Origin: a virus
Reading direction: 5' to 3' (one strand)
DNA length: 24,940 nt
UHGV virus genome: UHGV-1283097
The position numbers and the translations under genes are program-made. The notes beneath the pieces were generated by a model. It was not told where the DNA came from and did no database searches. It saw only the letters and a program-made list of their open reading frames with translations. This document shows positions 18,521-24,940 of the stretch, in pieces; the first letter of the stretch is position 1; each line of letters begins with the position of its first letter.

Positions 18521-18709
18521 ATGGCACGAACAATGCTCTATAAGCCTGGCAACATGATCACCTGCGGTCAGTTTGCTGTCGATTACATCATTGTTGATGA
18601 CGAAGAAGTTAAATCTCACCTGAAAAAAGGTTGGGTAAAAACTCCTGAAGAAACCGCAACGAAGCAAAAAGTGGCTAAGGCGGAAGAAGATGGCGAAAAC
18701 GAAGGGTGA
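18521..18709 (+). CDS. Small hypothetical protein (62 aa) after the coat terminator
   Basis: GGGAGAAG Shine-Dalgarno before ATG 18521; MARTMLYKPGNMITCGQFAVDYIIVDDEEVKSHLKKGWVKTPEE...; start of the next gene overlaps its 3' end. Confidence 0.5.
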   Translation: MARTMLYKPGNMITCGQFAVDYIIVDDEEVKSHLKKGWVKTPEETATKQKVAKAEEDGENEG

Positions 18710-19151
18710 TCTCGTTCTAAAGGCTTTACGAAAAGCCGGGCTGTATTCCAATGCCACGTTGACAGATGCTGACCCTCAGGCAATTGAAGATGCCATTAAT
18801 GACCTCGAAGACATGATGGCAGCATGGCAGGCTAAAGGTATCGAGCTTGGGTATCAGTTTGCTGATACAGAAAACGGCATCATGCCGTTACCGGACGATG
18901 ATTCAGGTATCCCTGCATGGGCAAATGATGGCGTCGCTTTGAAACTCGCTGTGCAAGTGTGCATGGATAACGTCATTCAGCCGTCAGACGCTCTCCTTAC
19001 CGCTGCTGACAGTGCATATCAGACAATCTGTATCGCTTTAACCAAAATACCACCACTTGAGCGGCGAAATGACATGCCTCGCGGTAGTGGTAACAAAAGC
19101 GCGTTTACGTGGAATCGGTTTTACATCGAGAAAGATGATCCGAGTACGTGA
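18690..19151 (+). CDS. Head completion / tail accessory protein (P22 gp4-like)
   Basis: KTKGDLVLKALRKAGLYSNATLTDADPQAIEDAINDLEDMMAAWQ resembles P22 gp4 from memory. Confidence 0.85.
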   Translation: MAKTKGDLVLKALRKAGLYSNATLTDADPQAIEDAINDLEDMMAAWQAKGIELGYQFADTENGIMPLPDDDSGIPAWANDGVALKLAVQVCMDNVIQPSDALLTAADSAYQTICIALTKIPPLERRNDMPRGSGNKSAFTWNRFYIEKDDPST

Positions 19152-19160
19152 GGTGAATAA

Positions 19161-20579
19161 ATGCCGATTCAGCAACTTCCGCTTATGAAAGGCGTCGGCA
19201 AAGACTTTCGAAACGCCGACTATATCGACTATCTGCCAGTGAATATGCTGGCTACACCCAAAGAAATCCTGAACAGCAGCGGATATCTTCGCTCATTCCC
19301 GGGCATTGCCAAACGTTCTGATGTGAACGGTATATCGCGCGGCGTCGAGTACAACATGGCGCAGAATGCTGTCTATCGTGTGTGTGGCGGCAAGCTCTAC
19401 AAAGGCGAAAGCGAGGTCGGTGACGTCGCCGGAAGTGGTCGTGTATCAATGGCGCATGGTCGGACATCACAGGCGGTAGGGGTTAAAGGGAAACTGGTCG
19501 AGTATCGCTATGATGGCACGGTTAAAACCGTCTCAAACTGGCCTACAGACAGCGGATTCACTCAGTATGAGTTAGGTTCAGTTCGCGACATTACGCGCTT
19601 GCGTGGGCGTTATGCGTGGTCAAAAGACGGCACTGATTCATGGTTTATCACTGACCTTGAAGACGAATCGCATCCTGACCGTTACAGCGCACAATATCGC
19701 GCAGAATCGCAGCCGGACGGCATCATCGGCATCGGCACATGGCGAGACTTCATCGTCTGCTTTGGTTCATCGACGATTGAATATTTCTCCCTGACTGGTG
19801 CAACCACCGTTGGTGCCGCTTTGTATGTCGCACAGCCATCGCTGATGGTGCAGAAAGGTATTGCCGGGACTTACTGCAAAACGCCGTTTGCTGATTCGTA
19901 TGCGTTCATCAGCAATCCGGCAACGGGTGCGCCGTCTGTATACATCATCGGCTCCGGTCAGGTATCACCAATCGCCAGCGCGAGCATTGAGAAAATCCTC
20001 CGCTCCTACACTGCTGATGAACTGGCTGATGGCGTGATGGAATCATTGCGGTTTGATGCTCATGAATTGCTGATTATCCACCTTCCGCGCCATGTTCTTG
20101 TTTACGACGCATCTTCAAGCGCCAATGGTCCGCAATGGTGTGTGCTGAAAACAGGCTTATATGACGATGTGTACCGCGCTATCGACTTCATTTACGAAGG
20201 CAATCAGATAACGTGCGGCGATAAGCTGGAATCTGTTACCGGGAAATTGCAATTCGATATCAGCAGCCAGTACGACAAGCAACAGGAACATCTGCTGTTT
20301 ACTCCGCTGTTCAAAGCGGATAACGCAAGAGTGTTCGACCTTGAGGTTGAATCTTCAACTGGTGTTGCGCAGTACGCCGACCGCCTGTTCCTTTCTGCAA
20401 CCACTGACGGCATCAATTACGGACGTGAGCAGATGATTGAGCAGAATGAACCTTTCGTTTACGACAAACGTGTTTTGTGGAAGCGAGTCGGGCGCATCAG
20501 GAAAAATGTCGGCTTCAAATTGCGCGTTATCACGAAGTCACCTGTCACTCTGTCTGGCTGCCAGATAAGGATTGAGTAA
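19161..20579 (+). CDS. Tail accessory protein (P22 gp10-like)
   Basis: 472 aa, [49 protein letters not shown]... near-identical to P22 gp10 as remembered. Confidence 0.92.
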   Translation: MPIQQLPLMKGVGKDFRNADYIDYLPVNMLATPKEILNSSGYLRSFPGIAKRSDVNGISRGVEYNMAQNAVYRVCGGKLYKGESEVGDVAGSGRVSMAHGRTSQAVGVKGKLVEYRYDGTVKTVSNWPTDSGFTQYELGSVRDITRLRGRYAWSKDGTDSWFITDLEDESHPDRYSAQYRAESQPDGIIGIGTWRDFIVCFGSSTIEYFSLTGATTVGAALYVAQPSLMVQKGIAGTYCKTPFADSYAFISNPATGAPSVYIIGSGQVSPIASASIEKILRSYTADELADGVMESLRFDAHELLIIHLPRHVLVYDASSSANGPQWCVLKTGLYDDVYRAIDFIYEGNQITCGDKLESVTGKLQFDISSQYDKQQEHLLFTPLFKADNARVFDLEVESSTGVAQYADRLFLSATTDGINYGREQMIEQNEPFVYDKRVLWKRVGRIRKNVGFKLRVITKSPVTLSGCQIRIE

Positions 20580-21532
20580 TGGCTGATTCGAATCTCAATG
20601 AGCCGGTAATCATTCAGGCTACACGACTCGACACATCAGTCCTTCCACGCAATATCTTCTCGCAGTCATATCTGCTGTACATTATTGCACAGGGTACTGA
20701 TGTTGGTAACGTGGCAAACAAGGCCAACGAAGCAGGGAAGGGGGCTTATGATGCACAGGTGAAGAATGATGAGCAGGATGTCACCCTTGCAAACCATGAA
20801 TCCAGAATTGAAGCTGCTGAAGCAACTCTCATCAATCATGAACATAGAATCGCAGAAGCGGAAATCACTCTTGCAGATCATGAAACAAGGATTACGGCTG
20901 CCGAAACAGAGCTTGCTGATCACGAGACGCGAATTGCTACCAATGAATCTGAGTTAGCAAACCATGATGCGCGAATAACTCAGAATACAACCGATATCGA
21001 CGCACTTGATACCAGGCTCACAGCGGCAGAGGGAAGTATTTCGACGCTACAAAGCACAGTTGGTGATCACTCAACAAGAATATCTGCGCTTGAGTATGCC
21101 ACCACGCGCAAGAAATCAGAGGTTGTTTACTCAGGAGTATCTGTAACCATCCCGACAGCGCCGACCAACCTTGTTAGCCTGCTGAAAACGCTCACGCCGT
21201 CATCCGGCACATTGGCACCATTCTTCGACACTGTTAACAACAAGATGGTTGTGTTCAACGAGAACAAAACCTTGTTCTTCAAGCTGTCGATCGTCGGGAC
21301 GTGGCCCAGCGGAACCGCCAACAGGTCAATGCAGCTAACCTTTTCCGGCTCTGTTCCTGACACGTTGGTCAGCAGTCGTAATGCGGCGACAACAACCGAC
21401 AACATCCTGTTAGCTACGTTCTTCAGCGTGGATAAAGACGGCTTTCTTGCCACAAATGGCAGCACGTTAACCATTCAGTCGAATGGTGCGGCGTTTACTG
21501 CCACAACCATCAAAATCATTGCGGAGCAGTGA
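20579..21532 (+). CDS. Tail needle (P22 gp26-like) with heptad-repeat coiled coil and C-terminal knob domain
   Basis: N-terminus [43 protein letters not shown] matches gp26; central repeats ([12 protein letters not shown] / [12 protein letters not shown] / [12 protein letters not shown] / [12 protein letters not shown]); extra ~130-aa beta-rich C-terminal domain. Confidence 0.85.
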   Translation: MADSNLNEPVIIQATRLDTSVLPRNIFSQSYLLYIIAQGTDVGNVANKANEAGKGAYDAQVKNDEQDVTLANHESRIEAAEATLINHEHRIAEAEITLADHETRITAAETELADHETRIATNESELANHDARITQNTTDIDALDTRLTAAEGSISTLQSTVGDHSTRISALEYATTRKKSEVVYSGVSVTIPTAPTNLVSLLKTLTPSSGTLAPFFDTVNNKMVVFNENKTLFFKLSIVGTWPSGTANRSMQLTFSGSVPDTLVSSRNAATTTDNILLATFFSVDKDGFLATNGSTLTIQSNGAAFTATTIKIIAEQ

Positions 21533-22011
21533 TGGAAATAAAGCTCATCGATAATCCGGTGAAGCTTGCAGAATTCCTCAACAATCCGGCAAACACGGGA
21601 AATATCGTAGACAGTGGAGATAAATACTACATCAAGCCTGATGCGGTATACCTCGGCATCTACGAAGGATTAGTGCTGGCTGGCGTTCATGAAGTGCGTA
21701 ACTTCTGGCATAGCGTTGTTGAATGCCATGCGGTGTACGACCCCGGATTCCGTGGTGAATATGCACTGCAAGGGCATCGATTATTCTGCAAATGGCTTCT
21801 CGAAAACTCACCATTCCTTAACAGCATCACTATGGTTCCTGACACCACGAAATACGGACGGGCAATTATCCGTTTGCTTGGCGCTACCCGTGTTGGTCAC
21901 CTTGATGATGCTTATACCAGCAATGGAAAGCCTGTAGGCATCACGATTTATCAGTTACCGCGCTCAAAATACGAGGAGCTAAAGAATGTTAATTTTCCAG
22001 ATTGCCAATAA
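21532..22011 (+). CDS. gp14-like head-assembly / ejection-associated protein
   Basis: 159 aa at the P22 gene-14 position after the needle gene; start overlaps the preceding stop (TGATG). Confidence 0.75.
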   Translation: MEIKLIDNPVKLAEFLNNPANTGNIVDSGDKYYIKPDAVYLGIYEGLVLAGVHEVRNFWHSVVECHAVYDPGFRGEYALQGHRLFCKWLLENSPFLNSITMVPDTTKYGRAIIRLLGATRVGHLDDAYTSNGKPVGITIYQLPRSKYEELKNVNFPDCQ

Positions 22012-22663
22012 GCACCTCAGCAAAACTGTTTACTGCAAAGGTAGCAGTGATGGCGGTTCAAAAGCCCAGGCACGCGCAACTGAAAAGGGCATCGAATTGC
22101 AGCGCGAAATGTGGCAGACGAACATGCAAAACCTTGCACCGTTCACGCCACTTGCTCAGCAGTATGTATCAGAGTTGCAGAATCTTTCCTCTCTTCAGGG
22201 GCAAGGTCAGGCTCTTAACCAGTATTACAACTCTCAGCAGTACAAAGACCTTGCAGGTCAGGCGCGCTATCAGAGTCTGGCAGCAGCAGAGGCAACGGGT
22301 GGATTAGGCTCTACAGCAACCGGAAACCAGCTGGCAGCAATCGCACCTACACTCGGTCAAAACTGGCTATCTGGACAAATGAACAACTACCAGAATCTGG
22401 CAAATATTGGTCTTGGCGCGCTTCAGGGACAGGCAAACGCCGGGCAGACATATGCCAACAACATGAGCCAGATTTCACAGCAAAGCGCAGCACTGGCGGC
22501 GGCAAACGCTAACAGACCTTCCGGCCTTCAATCTGCAATAGGCGGGGCTGCCTCTGGAGCAATTGCTGGAGCACAGCTTGGCAGCATTGTTCCCGGTATT
22601 GGTACTGGTATTGGTGCCGCTGTTGGCGGCGGTCTTGGTCTTCTTGGTTCACTACTTTATTAA
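21986..22663 (+). CDS. Ejection protein (P22 gp7-like)
   Basis: 225 aa, Gln/Ala/Gly-rich C-terminus with glycine-zipper-like tail (GAIAGAQLGSIVPGIGTGIGAAVGGGLGLLG), P22 gene-7 position. Confidence 0.75.
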   Translation: MLIFQIANKHLSKTVYCKGSSDGGSKAQARATEKGIELQREMWQTNMQNLAPFTPLAQQYVSELQNLSSLQGQGQALNQYYNSQQYKDLAGQARYQSLAAAEATGGLGSTATGNQLAAIAPTLGQNWLSGQMNNYQNLANIGLGALQGQANAGQTYANNMSQISQQSAALAAANANRPSGLQSAIGGAASGAIAGAQLGSIVPGIGTGIGAAVGGGLGLLGSLLY

Positions 22664-22673
22664 GGGGTAATCA

Positions 22674-24017
22674 ATGACTACGTGGCAACAGGGTATTAAT
22701 TCTGGTGGTTTTCTGGCTGGCATTGGTGCGCAAAACGAGAATGCGCCAAAGGCAAGCGACATTAACGCAACGCTTGGTCTGATCCGCGAAAACAATGAAC
22801 TGGCTCGCTCAGGTGCAAATAACGTTGGTCTGACCGCGTTACGTGGTCTGGCTGGAGTTGCTGATATTTATAAGCAGGAACAGCAACAGAAAGCGATTAG
22901 TGCGTTCAATAAGGTTCACGCTGATGCATGGGCTTCTGGTGATCCATCGGGACTATTTAAGTTTGCCAAGGAAAATCCAGCGTTTGTTGCGCAGGCACAA
23001 CAGGCGTTTTCCGGTCTTAATGAGCAGCAACGCAACGATATGGGCGATTTAGCCATGAGAGCTAACGTCGCTCTTTCTCAGGGACCGGAAGCCTACAGTA
23101 AATTCATTACTGACAACAAGGACAGGTTAAATCGCGTTGGTGCTAATGCTGACTGGATGATTCAGACAGGTATCCAGAATCCAGAGCAGCTATCACACAT
23201 GCTGACTACTATGACGCTAGGGGCTGTTGGTCCGGATAAAATGCTGGATTATCAGGATAAGATGGTTGGTCGCCAACTAGAGAAAGGGCGATTGGATGAA
23301 AGCATCCGTCAGGCTGATATGGAGAATGCGAGAGGATGGGCAAATATCCAGAACGCTCAACTAGACAGGGCTCAGCGGGCACAAATGCACTCAGATGAGA
23401 TGGGATTGAAGCTAATGGAGCTGGGGCAAAAAGGTAAGCCGTCAGCAGACTTAATTAAGGGATTAAATTCTGATATTACCAATTTTGGCAAAAATTATAA
23501 CTCTGTCAGAGCGGCGGCAAACTCTCTGCAAGCCCTTAGCAAGGTAAATACTGGCGCTGCCCAACTTGGGATTATCTTTAATTACATGAAGTCTCTCGAC
23601 CCTCAGTCAGTTGTTCGCGAAGGTGAACAGGTTCAGGTCATGCGCTCTGATGGCATATGGGGGCAGATAAAAGGATATGTAGACCAGCTTAATGCAGGGA
23701 ATGGCTTGTCACAGGAAGCGAGGGATAACATTGTTAACGCAGCCAAAATTAACGCCAACGCTATGGGGCAGCAGTTTAACCAGCAGGTAGACGAATATCT
23801 GGATACGTATGGAGATACTATTCCTCAAGGGCTGAAAAAAAGCTTAGGGAGAAGGAAGGCCAAGCTATTTGACGATGTCCCAGCGCAGCCTACACCACAA
23901 GGTGGTAATGGGCAGACAAAAGCTGCGCCAAGTGGGATATCAGAAGGCGCGACGGCAACGAACCCTAAAACTGGTCAGAAACTCATTTATAGGAACGGAC
24001 AATGGCAACCGATGTAG
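22674..24017 (+). CDS. Ejection protein (P22 gp20-like)
   Basis: 447 aa at the gene-20 position; AGGGG Shine-Dalgarno-like sequence; stop overlapped by the next gene. Confidence 0.8.
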   Translation: MTTWQQGINSGGFLAGIGAQNENAPKASDINATLGLIRENNELARSGANNVGLTALRGLAGVADIYKQEQQQKAISAFNKVHADAWASGDPSGLFKFAKENPAFVAQAQQAFSGLNEQQRNDMGDLAMRANVALSQGPEAYSKFITDNKDRLNRVGANADWMIQTGIQNPEQLSHMLTTMTLGAVGPDKMLDYQDKMVGRQLEKGRLDESIRQADMENARGWANIQNAQLDRAQRAQMHSDEMGLKLMELGQKGKPSADLIKGLNSDITNFGKNYNSVRAAANSLQALSKVNTGAAQLGIIFNYMKSLDPQSVVREGEQVQVMRSDGIWGQIKGYVDQLNAGNGLSQEARDNIVNAAKINANAMGQQFNQQVDEYLDTYGDTIPQGLKKSLGRRKAKLFDDVPAQPTPQGGNGQTKAAPSGISEGATATNPKTGQKLIYRNGQWQPM

Positions 24018-24940
24018 GTTTACCCGAAGGATTTGTTCTCGATAATCAGCCTGATAACTCACAGCTTCCTGATGGTTTTGTGCTTGATTCCCAACCAGAG
24101 CAGCAGCAATCACCTTTGGTTTCACCAGAGGAAAATTCCAGACAGGAAAATGTTGTTAATAATGCTAACGGCTTCGACCGTTTTATGTATGGCGTTCTCA
24201 GTGGATTGATGGATGTTGGTAAAGGTGTTGGTCTATTTCAGGATATGACACCAGAAGAGCAAGCCGCAATTCAGTCTCTACAGCAGAAGTTAGCGGCAAA
24301 ACCATCAACCGCACAAGATGTTGGTGAGTTCGTTGGACAAGCAGCACCATTTGTTAGTGGTGGTGGGATTATTTCTCAGGTTCCGAAAGGGGCGGCAAGG
24401 CTGGCTGCCGCCGCAGGGCTTGGTGCTGGAGAAGGGGCTATTGTAGCCAATGGAACAAATAGCGATGTTGCTTCTGGAGCTGCTATTGGCGCTGTGGCTG
24501 GCCCTGTAGCAGAGATTGTTGGTCCAGCGCTTGGGAAGATTGCAGGAAAAATTAAAAATAGTGCCGGAGATATTTATCGCTCATCCGTAGGGATGGGTAG
24601 TAAATCATCTAAAGCAACGTTAAAGAAAGCTGCTGGCGCAATGGACAATAAATTTATCGGCGGGCAACGAGCTATTCAAGATTTCGCCGATGAAGTTAAT
24701 CCTGATTTTAACGCGATAAATGCTATTCGTGAGCTAGAACTGGAAAATTATGCCACTCCAGGCATGATCTCTAATAATCCTGCTGTCAGGGCTCTTGATA
24801 ATGCAGTGGCAAGTCTCCCTGGAACAGAGATTAGTGAGGCGCATAAGCGTTTTATTACTGAATTAGGAAGAAAAGCTGATGAAATGATAACTTCATTTGG
24901 GGGAAGCCTTGATAAGCAACTGGTTTCTGACAGGCTTGCA
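24002..24940 (+). CDS. Ejection protein (P22 gp16-like), partial; continues past window end
   Basis: ATG at 24002 overlaps the gp20 3' end; open frame to the window end (313 codons); N-terminus has tandem [10 protein letters not shown] / [10 protein letters not shown] repeat. Not in the ORF track because no stop lies in the window. Confidence 0.8.
   Translation, partial: MATDVGLPEGFVLDNQPDNSQLPDGFVLDSQPEQQQSPLVSPEENSRQENVVNNANGFDRFMYGVLSGLMDVGKGVGLFQDMTPEEQAAIQSLQQKLAAKPSTAQDVGEFVGQAAPFVSGGGIISQVPKGAARLAAAAGLGAGEGAIVANGTNSDVASGAAIGAVAGPVAEIVGPALGKIAGKIKNSAGDIYRSSVGMGSKSSKATLKKAAGAMDNKFIGGQRAIQDFADEVNPDFNAINAIRELELENYATPGMISNNPAVRALDNAVASLPGTEISEAHKRFITELGRKADEMITSFGGSLDKQLVSDRLA

Overview
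This window reads as a mosaic lambdoid (P22/Sf6-like) temperate phage or prophage, running from the early-left boundary into the DNA-ejection genes. In order: two early-left genes and the N antiterminator (minus strand); a 434-type immunity region (cI, cro, ACAA-N6-TTGT operators) with a secreted-protein gene in the rexAB position; a lambda-like nutR and P22-c1/lambda-cII-type activator; an O-like initiator carrying 11-bp iterons plus a DnaB-family helicase; a tightly coupled nin operon (ninB, ninE, ninF, YbcO-like, rusA, ninH); a lambda-type Q with pR'/tR'; two tRNAs (Asn-GUU, Thr-UGU); a lambda-type lysis cassette (S, R, Rz, Rz1); three accessory genes; and P22-like small/large terminase, portal, scaffold, coat, gp4/gp10/gp26 (needle with knob)/gp14/gp7/gp20 and the start of gp16. 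No CRISPR array, rRNA, transposase or integrase is present. All identifications rest on reading the six-frame translations and DNA motifs against remembered protein and site sequences; no database search was run. The most interesting candidates are the accessory genes between Rz and terminase (one with a possible DUF2829/Tad2-like C-terminal domain), the secreted protein co-transcribed with cI, paired conserved intergenic repeats, and several unannotated short hydrophobic ORFs.
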